DNA of 64,000 nt from NCBI RefSeq assembly GCF_000315625.1, contig NW_005434636.1, forward strand, positions 1 to 64,000. Direction: 5' to 3'. The notes beneath the pieces are model-generated. The model saw only the letters and a list, made by a program, of their open reading frames with translations, did no database searches and was not told where the DNA came from. The position numbers and the translations under genes are program-made. Positions 45,975 to 57,863 of this stretch are shown here, piece by piece. The DNA is from Guillardia theta CCMP2712 (Eukaryota; Protista; Cryptophyta). Numbering within the stretch: the first letter of the stretch is position 1; each line of letters starts with the position of its first letter.

Positions 45975-47767
45975 AGGATGTTAGCCGCACGAAGCCGGAG
46001 GAGGAGGAACTTGCAAGCTCACTCAAGTGCGCGACTACCTCTGCTGTCGCCCTGCATGATCATGATGTTTAGGGTCGAGGAAGGAGCAGAGAAAGGAGGA
46101 GGCAAGGACGGGCTCTCTGTGCACGAGGAGAAGCGAGCGAGGCGCCTTAACCTGCCTTTCGGTTCGAGCCCAAGGTGAAGATGCAGAGTCGGAGGATGAG
46201 AAACGCGGGGATGGAGAAGGATAGGAGGAGGAGGAGTCCAGAGAAAGGGAGTACAGCGGAGCGAAGAGACAGGGAGGGGCAAGCGTGGAGGGCGGGGGGT
46301 TAGTAGAGGTCAGAAGTGAGGAGGCAGAGAGTAGCAGGAGTAAGGAAGGGAAACGTCTTCAACCAGCTCATTGTCTGCCAGGAACTTTCAGAGGAGGCAA
46401 AATCTCGGAGCAGACAAGACAACCTTGCGCTTGCCGACTATGTGAGAGTTTTTCTGCTCCTTCATTCGCATCATCTCCTCCTCTCGTTGCCCCTTTTCAT
46501 CCTCCTTCTTACCCGCTGTATGCAGCAATGTGACGGTCCCCAAGAACAATGAAGGACGTCGGGACAGCAACGGCGTCCTCCTCGATGAGGGCAGCAAGGA
46601 TCAGTTGTTCAGCAGAGATTTCAGAAGGTCGCAAACTTTCACACGCTCCTCTCTATCCCCCCTGCTGCCATTTCCTTGTACACGTTACTTACTCCACGTG
46701 GTGAAAGCAGGGGCAAGAGCAAGATCGCAACAGCCCCTGACGGCATGAAGAACGCGCTGAGCCACGGCCCTCCTCCCGTCCTCGTCAAGCTGATGCAAGA
46801 AACGTCCAGACTCCCGATGCAGCAGCTCCCTCCCCTCCAGAGGTCGATGCGAGGTCACAGTGCAGGCGACGAAGGATCGCTGGCTTCCTCTGTGTTCGGC
46901 AATGAGCCCGTTCATGAGTCGCACAAGCCTCTGACCAAGTACTTGTCCTCCTCCTACAAACCTTCCCTCTCCCTCCTTCCCTCTCCCTCCTTTCCTCTCC
47001 CTCCTTCCCTCTCCCTCCTTCCCTCTCCCTCCTTCCCATTTGACTGTCAGTCACACTCCACGACAGATCTGCATACATCAAGAGGACGTCTAAGATCAAC
47101 GATGTGCCTTCTCATCGGATCGCACGAGGTTGTTTGCAAGTAGAAGAGCAGCAAGATAGGAATGGATCAGGAGAGGAGAAGAGGGAGGACGAGAGGACGA
47201 GCAGGAGAGGGAGAAGGAGGAGGAGGAGGAGAGGTATCTTGACAGCATTGTTCCAGGGCTTGTTCCAATTTCAACTAATCGACTCGATATCTCGATGCAC
47301 GAAGAGATCATAGGGTGGAGCACTAGCTATAGGAAGGATTCCATAGCCGACAGCTCTGTTCTCATGGGCAGAGGGTTTCAAGAAGAGGAGGGGAGAAGGG
47401 GAGAAGACAACAAGGTAACGTCTGTTGATACTCCATCCTTCCGCTCAGTCGGCTCGACAGGACGGGGGCTGGAAGAGCCTGGATGGCAGCCATGGAATCT
47501 CAACGGACAAGATTCGCTTCATCGAGCCCATCTCGGACATCGTCGTGCCCAGTAAGAGCAACTTGCTCCATCTGCCCTCAGGGCCTGGTCAGCCTCCTCC
47601 TTTTGCCACCATGGTATTCTGACTCGCATGTTGCCGCTTTCAGAGCATGTTCCAGCTCCCCGGTCGGTTCCCACCATGAGCTAGCGAAGTGGGAAAGGAA
47701 GCTTGTGTACTTTATCTTCTTGCCTGCCAGACATGACTTACCATCTAACGCCGAACGCATCATGTAA
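45975..47767 (+). CDS. Hypothetical multi-exon protein
   Basis: Coding-like exons (46530-46630, 46710-46940, 47450-47610) flanked by GT-AG sites; no domain recognised. Confidence 0.3.
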
Positions 47768-47947
47768 ACATTGAGAACAGAGATGTATGAGGTAGAGGTC
47801 AATGAAATCAATTTTCATCACGTCTTGGTGCACCAGTTTGTTTCTTCTTCTCTTGTCCTTATCCGTCCTTTACCATCGCTCTTGCCACAGACTCGATGCC
47901 ATGTTGAACAATTCTTCCCTCCTTCCGATCGTGCAGTTGAAGTAGAT

Positions 47948-48644
47948 TAGTCTCATCTCTTCCCGCTAGTCTCCTCTCTTCCCGCTAGTCTCGTCTCTTC
48001 CCGCTAGTCTCGTCTCTTCCCGCTAGTCTCGTCTCTTCCCGCTAGTCTCGTCTCTTCCCGCTAGTCTCGTCTCTTCCCGCTAGTCTCGTCTCTTCCTTCC
48101 CGCTAGTCTCGTCTCTTCCTTCCCGCTAGTCTCGTCTCTTCCTTCCCGCTAGTCTCGTCTCTTCCCGCTAGTCTCATCTCTTCCCGCTAGTCTCATCTCT
48201 TCCCGCTAGTCTCGTCTCTTCCCACTAGTCTCGTCTCTTCCTTAACGCTAGTCTCGTCTCTTCCTTCCCGCTAGTCTCATCTCTTCCCGCTAGTCTCGTC
48301 TCTTCCCGCTAGTCTCGTCTCTTCCCGCTAGTCTCGTCTCTTCCCGCTAGTCTCGTCTCTTCCCGCTAGTCTCGTCTCTTCCTTCCCGCTAGTCTCGTCT
48401 CTTCCCGCTAGTCTCGTCTCTTCCCGCTAGTCTCATCTCTTCCCGCTAGTCTCGTCTCTTCCCGCTAGTCTCATCTCTTCCCGCTAGTCTCATCTCTTCC
48501 CGCTAGTCTCGTCTCTTCCTTCCCGCTAGTCTCGTCTCTTCCCGCTAGTCTCGTCTCTTCCCGCTAGTCTCATCTCTTCCCGCTAGTCTCATCTCTTCCC
48601 GCTAGTCTCGTCTCTTCCCGCTAGTCTCATCTCTTCCTTCCCGC
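47948..48644. repeat. 19-bp minisatellite TAGTCTC(G/A)TCTCTTCCCGC, ~35 copies, some 23-bp (+TTCC) variants
   Basis: Read directly; no spacers. Confidence 0.96.
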
Positions 48645-49588
48645 CCTTGTCTCTATCCAGGGCATGTCCTGCCTAGCATTTCACCCCCTTTGCCCCTGAC
48701 TACCCCAGCCATTTTGGTTTTCCCTTGACGATGCTGGTCCTTTCATAGTAAGCATGAGGGGTATGTTGACCACCCTACCCTTTTGTTATACTTCATTCAT
48801 CGTCCCCCTGTGCACGTATCTACCCTGTGGTCGGTGAGAGTACCCCGCCGCTCCCATCAAGAACATAGTTGATTGGGGGTAGGGTGGTTGATATTGAAGT
48901 CTGTTGTTACTCAAATGGGGGTCCTGATATCAGGAGGGGTGGTCCTCTGAAACTCATTTGGCTGCAGCGACAGCGGCACGCGTCTATGGAAGAAGGGGAG
49001 GAAGGGAGGGAGGGAGGGGGGAGAGGAGGAGCACGAGCAAGGAGAGGAGGAGATGATTTCAGAGTATGTGAAAAGAAGATAAGGAAAGGAGGATAGGCTG
49101 ATGCCACAGACTAAGAATTGTCGATGTAGAAGGAGGGGCAGCGGCAGGGCAGAGGCAGAGGCAGAAATAATTGCATACGCAAAAGTAGAAGCAGAGGCTT
49201 GAGGGACAAGTTTTCTGACAGCATTGGTTTGAAGTTGTTTATGCAACTGTCACAAGGACATGTACAGCAGTGAATAGACAAAAAGAAGATGCTGTAGTCG
49301 AAGAGGAGGTTCTTCAACTGTAACAAGCAACCAAACAAGCCATGTGCACAAAGCAAAGTGGAATGCAAGCAAACCTCTGCATGATAATAATCGATGCAAA
49401 TCCGAGTAGATAAATCAGTACATGGAGAACAAGGAATCTCGGACTTACATTGTTGATGGCGTCCTGTGAACGCGAGTTGGAGAAGGATGAGGAATTGATT
49501 GAACACACCTTGCTTGCTGCTACTTGATTGATGTTCTCAGCTTGAAACAGCTTCTGAACGCGACTAATTGCAGGTGGAAACTATCACC

Positions 49589-52099
49589 ATGGACCCCGCA
49601 GCAATCGAGTTTCTTCAGAGCTATGAAAGCGAGCTGGTGGGCATGCAGCGACCGGACAAGGGAGTAATAAATGTCCTGACCATGCTCGCGTCCGACAACA
49701 TCGACGCGCCTCCAGTTGCAAACGGCATCGTAGCCTGTATAGAAAAATGCATCCGAATGGTACAGTCTGCTTTCTTTGTGCTGCCCCTGACCTGGTTGCC
49801 GTTCAGTTTCCCCCCAACAAGAAGCTCATCCCTCTCTACCTCATGGACTCGATCGTCAAGAACGTCGGAGCCATCTACACACATCTCTTCGTGCAGGTGA
49901 CGTCGCGCTTCGCCTACCGCGCGTCTTGACGTCTTGGCTGCTGTCAGAATCTGACAGACATCTTCTGTACCTCGTTCGCTGCTGTGGACAATCAAACGCG
50001 TGCATCCTACATCAAGCTGCTTGACACATGGAAGGTGATACTGTCGCCTCGATATGCCTCCTGTTCGCTCAAATGATGTCATCTCACTCGATCTTCCAGG
50101 CTCAATCTGTCTTTCCTCCCGCTAAGAACGAAGAGATTCGCACTCGTCTCGCCGCCATGCTCCAGGTCAAATCTCTTTCCCCCCGCATCAGGAAGTGATT
50201 CCTCCCCTCAGTCCGGCATCCCCTCCAATCGTCCTGGACTAGACCGGCGACCAGAGCCTGAGAGGAGGGGGATGATGCCAGGGGTTCCAGGTACCAGGAG
50301 CTGCGCACTGAAGTGCCTCCTAACGCGGTTGGCTGCAGGGAACGGGTCTGGGATGATGCCTGGGTACCACGGGGGAGGAATGCATCCTGCTGTTGGGATG
50401 AATCCAATGCACGGAAACATCCCGAACAACCCGGTCACAGTCTCATCCATACAAGAGCAGCAGACTCTGCTGCAGAACAGAGTGAGTGAAACAGACGACG
50501 AAAAGGAACTGGCTTACATTCTCAACAGGTGTATGGTCTTGTCAACTCTTTGATGCCGCAGCAACCTGCTCAGGTGATTGTCAGCAACTTGACATGACGA
50601 TGATGTTGAAATTTGACTTGCTGCATTAGCCGAACATGTTCAATGCTCCCCCTCCGATGAGTCAAGCTCCTCAGCACTCAATCATGCAACCTCTTGGTGG
50701 CAACTATGGTGGTTATCATAGTTCTGGGATGGGAGGGAATGGGATGATGTCAGCATCGCAGGTGTGCATTGTCTTGCGTGCTCCTGCTGTGTCCTAGCCG
50801 CCTCTCTCCTTCTCTGCTTCTTAATTCCTGTCTTACATGATGTCCCACTTCAATGCTTGCACGCCAAACTTCTTCTCGCTTCTTCTACCCCCGGCAGTGT
50901 TTGACCAGATTTCTTAGCCCATGGGGTTGTCGGGCTTGCCTCCAAACATGCAGGTTGGTGTTGTTGCCTTGAGCTGGCGTATGAGGATGGAGGAGGAGCA
51001 CGAGCGTGACCCTTACGTGCAGATGATAGAATCTCACCTCCTTCCGCAGCCCAACCCCCTCCAACAGTTGTTGGAGGATTTTCAGCTTCAACAGGGGCTC
51101 AAGGACGCGGTAGGAGTGAAAGATTCCGTCGTGAGTAATAAAGTAGGAATATCTGATATTTCAAGCATGCCTCCTGCTCCTGCAGCCTCTCAGGAAGAGT
51201 ATGCTCCAAGGCAGCTCAACAGTAAGGATCTCAACAGGTTCGATCTTGTTATTTGCTTATTGCTTGTGATCTATTTAACTTGCTGCTTGCGGTCGTCTTT
51301 GTTTGCTTGTTGCTTGCGATCTTTTTTGTTTGCTTGTTGCTGTGTATGAGTTTGGGTTTTGAACCAGGTTGTCCCCTTCTCTCATATGTTTAATTGCTCT
51401 GCTCTCATTGCTGATCTGTCTGGTTTACATCTCCTTGATGTTCATCTGCTCGTCTTCATAACTGATCGTGCTTGTTCCCGTGATCTGCATGCTCTGAATC
51501 TATCTCTCTCTCTCTCTCTCTCTCTCTGGCTGTCGCTAACTTCCTCTTACAGTCGGGAGGTGTTGGACGTGGTTTACCGGCTCTACGAGGGTCAGCCCTT
51601 CATCTGCAAGACAGACGGGAGAAGATTCAGATCACAGGAGGATCTCAGCAACCACCTTGACCGGTTGTTTGAGATCAACCGGGCAAAGAAGGAGAACTTG
51701 GGGGCACGAGAGCGGCACTGGTTCAAGGTCATCTCCGAGTGGACCGCGTGCAAGGACCTTGTCCTCCGCAAGCCTGTCGATCTGAAGGTGCAGGTGGACG
51801 GGCAGCCCCCACAAGAGAGCGCAGCCTTTCAGGAGAGCGTCGTGCCTGCTGACGACGGGGCGTTCACCGGGGACCCTCGATGCTCAGCGTGCAGCGAGAA
51901 GATGAAGAAGGAGTATGACAAGGAGGAGGATCGGTGGGTGTTTCGAGGAGCCGTCAGGGTCAACGGCAACGGGCAAGTCGACAGCGCAGGTCTCTTCCTG
52001 GTGCATCAGAAGTGCTACCAGGAGGGCGCCACCTACTCCGACGTCCATGTTGCCTCGACTCCTCGTACCCAGGAGGCGCTCAGCAGCTGGGGCTCGTGA
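49589..52099 (+). CDS. PCF11: Pre-mRNA cleavage/polyadenylation factor Pcf11-like protein
   Basis: CID domain INVLTMLA..KKLIPLYLMDSIVKNVG; C-terminal LYEG..CKTDGRRF..HLDRLFEIN..RHWF; CSAC.E..YDKEEDRWVFRGAV..VHQKC. Confidence 0.88.
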
Positions 52100-52463
52100 G
52101 CTGCCTCTACCTCGGCTATGCTCCGAGGCTCCTCTCGGGCGGGATCAACAGCTGACAGCGCTGGAGCAGATGAAGGCAGGACTAACGAGGGTACGACGCT
52201 GTCAGTTGACTGGTCTGCTGCTAGTGGAGGACTTGGAGAGTGGAGGGGACGCGCTATCGTTGAAACCAGTGGAATGTTGGGGGCCAGGTGGTGGAGGAAG
52301 AGCTGGAGGAGACAAGAGATATTTTTTTTACAGGAAATGACACTTGTGGGGATCATGTTAATAAACTTTCTTATTCTTCTTCTTGCCCCCTCTCCTCCAC
52401 CACCACCATCACCATCGCTGTGATGTTCTCCTCTCTCAACGCCCCCATCGCTGTTCCTCATAA

Positions 52464-53918
52464 TCATCCGATCCGCTCGTTCAACTCTTCCTTGCTCGCA
52501 GACAGCATGTACCGCCGGTGCAGGAGGGAGTCATGGCGCTGCAAGTCGAATTCGGAGGAAGGATGCAGCTCATGCCGGTAAGTCCCGTAGGCGTCAAGGT
52601 CGTACTCTGACATCGGAAGCACCTCCTCTACAGGGACCCACCTGCTCCTGCTGCTCCCCGTCCTACTGTACGCCTCCACATCCGACTTCACCTTCACCAG
52701 CCACCCTCGCCGAGCTGGTGAGAAGAGAGTCTCCGGCGTCTCCTCGCCTCTGCTGGAGAGGAAATCGGTCCAGAGCGAGCGGTAGGCAGAGAAGCCGAGG
52801 ATGGAGTGCCGCAGGTTCTGGTAGAGGACGTGACGGCCGATGCTCTGAGCGAGGGCGCGGAGGATGACGAGATGATGGTCGTCGAGGATCGTCTTGGGGA
52901 TGTCAACTCCCTGCCTTGACAGCTTGGAGATGAAGTCCAACACCAGGAAATCCTCTGAGCCTGCAAGACTGCAGACGGCGATCTCGTCGACCTCGGCAAT
53001 TGTGAACGTGATGAGATTTCCCTTATGATCTAAGAATGTGAGATACGACGAAGAGGAAGAGGAAGAGGAAGAGGAAGAGGAAGAGGAAGAGGAAGAGGAA
53101 GAGGAAGAGGAAGAGGAAGAGGAAGAGGACAATGAGTGTTTGCCCCGCCTTGAACCCACGGTCTTGTCCGTCATCGCTATAGAGTTATGCACCTCCAGTA
53201 GCAGCCCCTCTCGTGGGGCGAGGGGAGACTTGGTAATCACCCGAACAACCTTGAATATGTTGCTCACCAGCACCTTGCAAACATCTTGAATGGCGTCAGA
53301 AGAGACGATCTCACGAGCTCTGAATGAGCCATGGGTCTTAGAAAAACCTCTTCCTCCTTCTCCTCCCTTGTCGTCCCCCACCACTACGTTGGACTCCACT
53401 GCCGGCCTGTCGTTCCGAACAAGTTCTCGCCCCGCCAGCAGCTCTTCCTCCTCCTCGATGCCTGAATCCTGCGCAGTCGCGAGGTTGAGAGGCATGCTCA
53501 TCAAAGGCTGCAGTGAGCTGAGAGCGTCTCGGAGGGAGGCAGCAAGTACAGCTTCAGCTGCCCACGTCCTCTCGGGGCTGGGGCCGAAGCAAGAGCCGTA
53601 AGTCCAGCCGATGCTCTCCAGGGCGATGCTCACGTTCCCTCCTATCCGCTCATCGCTGTGAGCTTCCTTGCGGTAGCGAGAGCGGAGCAGCTGCTCCATG
53701 GTGGTGTGGGAGCCTTTGAAGTCTCGCTGACGTTGCGTGAAAGCTGTCTTCTTGTGTGAGGACGAGCTTCGTCGGTGACTGCTAGTCTTGGATCTCGCGG
53801 AAACGTCTCTGCCTCCAGGAGGAGGAACGATCAAGAAAGAGCTGGCTCTGGAGTCGAGAAGCAGGAGGAGGAAGAGGAGCCGGCAAAGTTTGGTCGGCAT
53901 CCACATCATCAGCTTCAC
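52464..53918 (-). CDS. Intronless hypothetical protein with plastid-type bipartite presequence and poly-Ser tract
   Basis: 484-aa ORF; LLFLLLLLDSRASS-FL; (GAAGAG)n at ~53050-53128 encodes poly-Ser. Confidence 0.65.
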   Translation of the reverse strand: MKLMMWMPTKLCRLLFLLLLLDSRASSFLIVPPPGGRDVSARSKTSSHRRSSSSHKKTAFTQRQRDFKGSHTTMEQLLRSRYRKEAHSDERIGGNVSIALESIGWTYGSCFGPSPERTWAAEAVLAASLRDALSSLQPLMSMPLNLATAQDSGIEEEEELLAGRELVRNDRPAVESNVVVGDDKGGEGGRGFSKTHGSFRAREIVSSDAIQDVCKVLVSNIFKVVRVITKSPLAPREGLLLEVHNSIAMTDKTVGSRRGKHSLSSSSSSSSSSSSSSSSSSSSSSSSSSSSYLTFLDHKGNLITFTIAEVDEIAVCSLAGSEDFLVLDFISKLSRQGVDIPKTILDDHHLVILRALAQSIGRHVLYQNLRHSILGFSAYRSLWTDFLSSRGEETPETLFSPARRGWLVKVKSDVEAYSRTGSSRSRWVPVEEVLPMSEYDLDAYGTYRHELHPSSEFDLQRHDSLLHRRYMLSASKEELNERIG

Positions 53919-54832
53919 AGATCAGCTCGCAATAGTCTCGCGCATCCTCACTCCCGTCCTCGCAAAACCGTCACATGCATGGAAAGCATGTTTGAGACGG
54001 ATCAAGAGAGGAGAGCAGGGAGAGGTCTGAGGTAACGTGATCAGGTGTGATGAAAGTAGGACAAGAGGAGGGCGAGGCAAGCAGAGCAAGCAGAGCAAAC
54101 AGGGGGCCAACTGTTGGAGGTGCTTGAAGAGCGTTTACTGAAGGGTTTATTGATAAAACTGATAAACGTACAGGAAGCCTGGCAATCATGCAATAAAATA
54201 TTGATACTTGGTCATAAACTATATTTCAGTCTTGCTCCGGGGCGGGGCCGCAACTTAATAAGACCGTGACTATCCGATGGCCGGGCGGCGAATCAGTGAA
54301 CCGGGCCGGGGTGAACCCGGCGTGAGTGTGCTGATCGGATCGGACTCCGCAGGCCCGGGCCTCGTCGGACTGCCAGGCTGTCTGATAGTCACTGAGTCAG
54401 CACCGCCGCAAGTGTTTTCAAGCCTGAGTCACTTTGAAACGGTCACTGAGTCACCTCCTGACAACTTCGGAAGCGACCGAGCGGTCAAATCCAACTTGCA
54501 AGTTTTCGAAGCCTGTCGATGTGCTATGAACTATCAACAGGTTGTACGATCCGGGCTGGCATGTGTTTGTGGTCGATCAGCCGCTGGTGATTATCAGGGC
54601 ATCCGAGTCCGACGTTCCCTGCTTGTGAGTCGTGCATGCACGGTCGCTTGCGTGAGGCGGACAGACAAGGTGAGACCACTCTCCATCTCCATTGTGCTGC
54701 CGTCACCAAGTGCGAGATTGAAGCTCTTGGGGGGAGTCTGACCTGCGCGCTGCCCCCCCAGGGCCTGACAGGAAGAGACGAGATGCAAAGCAAGGTTCAA
54801 ACCCCCGAGGAGATCCTGCGAAGAAGGAGAGA

Positions 54833-56567
54833 TTGCAATCAGAAGTGGAGGGAGAACAGCAGGAGATGAAGAGTGACGAGATCGAAGGTGTCGAAGGAAC
54901 TATCAAAGGTGTACAACAAGAGATGAAAGATATACGCCACGAGATCGCAGGTGTGCGAGGAGAGACTGAGGGTGTACAGCAAGAGATCATGGATGCATTC
55001 AGGCAGATGCAAAATCAAGACGACCCAATGAAGAAGGAGGTGCTTGTGATGACTGTAACTGCGCTTCGAGATCAGATACGGCGACTTGAAGGGGACATAA
55101 CGCGGCTTGAAGGGGACAAGAAGCGGCTTGAAGGGGACAAGAAGCGGCTTGAAGGGGACAAGAAGCGGCTTGAAGGGGACAAGAAGCGGCTTGAAGGGGA
55201 CAAGAAGCGGCTTGAAGGGGACATAACGCGGCTTGAAGGGGACAAGAAGCGGCTTGAAGGGGACAAGAAGCGGCTTGAAGGGGACAAGAAGCGGCTTGAG
55301 GGGGACAAGAAGCGGCTTGAAGGGGACAAGAAGCGGCTTGAAGGGGACAAGAAGCGGCTTGAAGGGAACAAGAAGCGGCTTGAAGATAGCAAGGAGCAGC
55401 TGAATAACATTCTTATCCGGCAATGTGCACAACTTACACAGAATCCCAAAACTTCCAGACCTGAAGGTGGAGGAGACTTGAAATGTGACAAGCAAGTAGT
55501 GTATCAGATAGGGAGTGATTATTGGTACTTCGATGGAGAAGATGGAGCCCGATCGTAGATAAATCTGCAGCGCAACACTTTGTTCGAACGTTCAGGGGCT
55601 GGTATGTCTGTGACCTGTACAGAGACGAGGGGAAGTATGTGAGATCATAATCCGCGAAGAGCATCATAATTTCTTCACCGAAGCTTGGAAAGTTTAAGGA
55701 CATTTTGAATTATGGATCGCAGCGATATTTCTTGCCGTTGTGGTCAGACGAGGAGATGTCACTCTTCATCAATATGCACAGGGATCGTATTGACCAGAGT
55801 GAAGCAGAGAAGATCATAGAGGATTGGGGCAATGCGCCTAGAAAATATGCTCGGCCGAGGCAGAAAAGATGATCGTTGAGAGACTTGTGGAAAGTGAATT
55901 TGATCATGTTGTTGAGTTTGCTTTTTCGGATCCTGATTCTGGCTATCAGTCAGCCGCAGGTAAAGCTTTTGAACAAGTTGCGCACGAGATGCTGAAGGGA
56001 GGAGGAAAATACAGAATGCATAGGCTGGGTGATGGAAATGCGTGGGAAGAGCTGAACTTGAAGCGATGCTTGTACGTTGAGTTCCAGTCATCAATTAGAG
56101 ACTTGCAAGAGCTGAAGATCACGCCGAATGGATATTATAAGCCTAAGGCATCAAACTTCCCTTGCATGGATGCGGTGCGCTTGTCAGCGAGCGGGGTACT
56201 GTACACGTTTCAGATGACACGGGCGCAGACACACCCGATCGAACTCGAGCTATTACTTGTCATGTTGAAAGCTCTGCGAGCCAAGAACAAGTTTCAGAGG
56301 GTATCCGTTGTGTTTGTTGTGCCTTCGGGGCATGATGAATGGTCCTCCTGGAGACAAGACCAAGACTACACATCTGAGGGAGTGAAGGCAAGCAAGGAGC
56401 CGGAGATTGAAATGAGGACAGTCACTCAGTCAACCTCAAGAACAGCGATAGTCCTCAGATTTCGATCAGCTGCTTCTGCACTCTCTCCTTCATCTTCATG
56501 TGTCGCAAGTCAGGAATGCAAACTGACAGGGTGTCCAGCAACGTATAGAGCTTTGCAGGAGCTTTGA
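54833..56567 (+). pseudogene. Crinkler/RHS-like (coiled-coil, NTPase remnant, PD-(D/E)xK nuclease) pseudogene
   Basis: Motifs WYVCD, SIIISSP, FLPLWSDEE, WGNAPR, GKAFEQVAH, YYKPKASNFPCMDAV, FQMTRAQTHPI; frameshift ~55550, TAA ~55648, second break ~55865; no Walker A seen. Confidence 0.75.
55082..55385 (+). repeat. 21-bp tandem repeat x14 encoding heptad RLEGD(KK/IT)
   Basis: CGGCTTGAAGGGGACAAGAAG units read directly. Confidence 0.96.
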
Positions 56568-57249
56568 GATCTTTCTATTTGATTTATACAAACATGCATA
56601 CTCATACACGGCATCGAGCTACTGTCCTGGTCGAGGTGGGCGAGGTTTATCTACCTGACACATGATTGTTTTCTTGATCGCTTCATTGCATTATGCTTCT
56701 CCATCCTGTCTCCCTCCTCCACCTCTGCAAGTTGCCGCTGTGCTATCTGCCCTCCTCCTATCGCATACGATGAGGAGGAGGAGGTGAAGGTACAGACCAT
56801 CCTCTACCCCTCGCCTACATTGTTGCAGCAGCTTTCTTTCCTCTCCCGCCTCCTCTCTTCTCGATCCATCCCTTCCATAAAGGAGGGCAGGGGCCAAGGC
56901 GGGGACACAGCGGGGTGAAGTGAGGGATGGTGGAAGGACCTGGGGAGGAGGGGATGGAAGGGGCAGGGGAGGGCAGGGGAGGGCGAGCAATGCAGGGAAG
57001 GAGGGAGAGGGAGGGAGGCGAGGAGTAGGAGGGGGAGGGAATCAGACGAGGTATGGAAAAGGAAAACTCTCCGCCTCCTTATCTGAGTTTGGGAGAGGGA
57101 AGATTAAGGAGGAGATCGAGCAGCAAACGGCACGATCGAGACCAGTGAATTGGTGAGGAGGCAGATCCAGGTCCAACACAATCTGCGGTGATCCCTTCTT
57201 CTTCCCTCCCTCCCTCCCTCCCTCCCTCCCTCCCTCCCTCCCTCTGGCC

Positions 57250-57735
57250 CTGTGAGATCCCCTGTCCGTAATTGTATCCTTCAGTGTTCCAACGGGTTCA
57301 CCTCGCCCTGGTGTTGTTTCTTGTGGAATTTGTCGATTTTATATGTGCGGCGATGCATGCGACCACCTCTCCTCAGAGGTAGAGAAAGGAGGGGTGATTG
57401 GATGGAAAGTCACGGGAGGGGGCCCCGGAGCNNNNNNNNNNNNNNNNNNNNNNNNNNNNNNNNNNNNNNNNNNNNNNNNNNNNNNNNNNNNNNNNNNNNN
57501 NNNNNNNNNNNNNNNNNNNNNNNNNNNNNNNCCCTCCCTCCCTCCCTCCCCCCCTCCCTCTCTCGCTCGCTTTGGTCTTGTGAAATCCTCTGCAGGTAGT
57601 CGCATCCTTCAATGTTTCAACGGGTTCACCTCGCCCTCGTGTCGCATCTTGTGGAACTTGTCGCTTTTTTATATGAGCCGAAATATTCGACCACCCCTCC
57701 TCACACATAGCAAAGAAGGGGTGATAGGAGCAGAC
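57250..57735. repeat. Diverged direct duplication of a ~160-bp unit, each copy preceded by (CCCT)n, spanning the N gap 57432-57531
   Basis: 57252-57410 versus 57580-57735 share CAACGGGTTCACCTCGCCCT, TCTTGTGGAA and CGACCACC. Confidence 0.75.
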
Positions 57736-57744
57736 AGTAGCTGG

Positions 57745-57863
57745 AGGGAGCAGGGAGCAGGGAGCAGGGAGCAGGGAGCAGGGAGCAGGGAGCAGGGAGC
57801 AGGGAGCAGGGAGCAGGGAGCAGGGAGCAGGGAGCAGGGAGCAGGGAGCAGGGAGCAGGGAGC
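57745..57863. repeat. (GGAGCAG)n heptanucleotide repeat, ~16 copies
   Basis: Read directly. Confidence 0.95.

Noticed and set aside
47948-48644. CRISPR-like short repeats
   Set aside because: Head-to-tail minisatellite with no unique spacers
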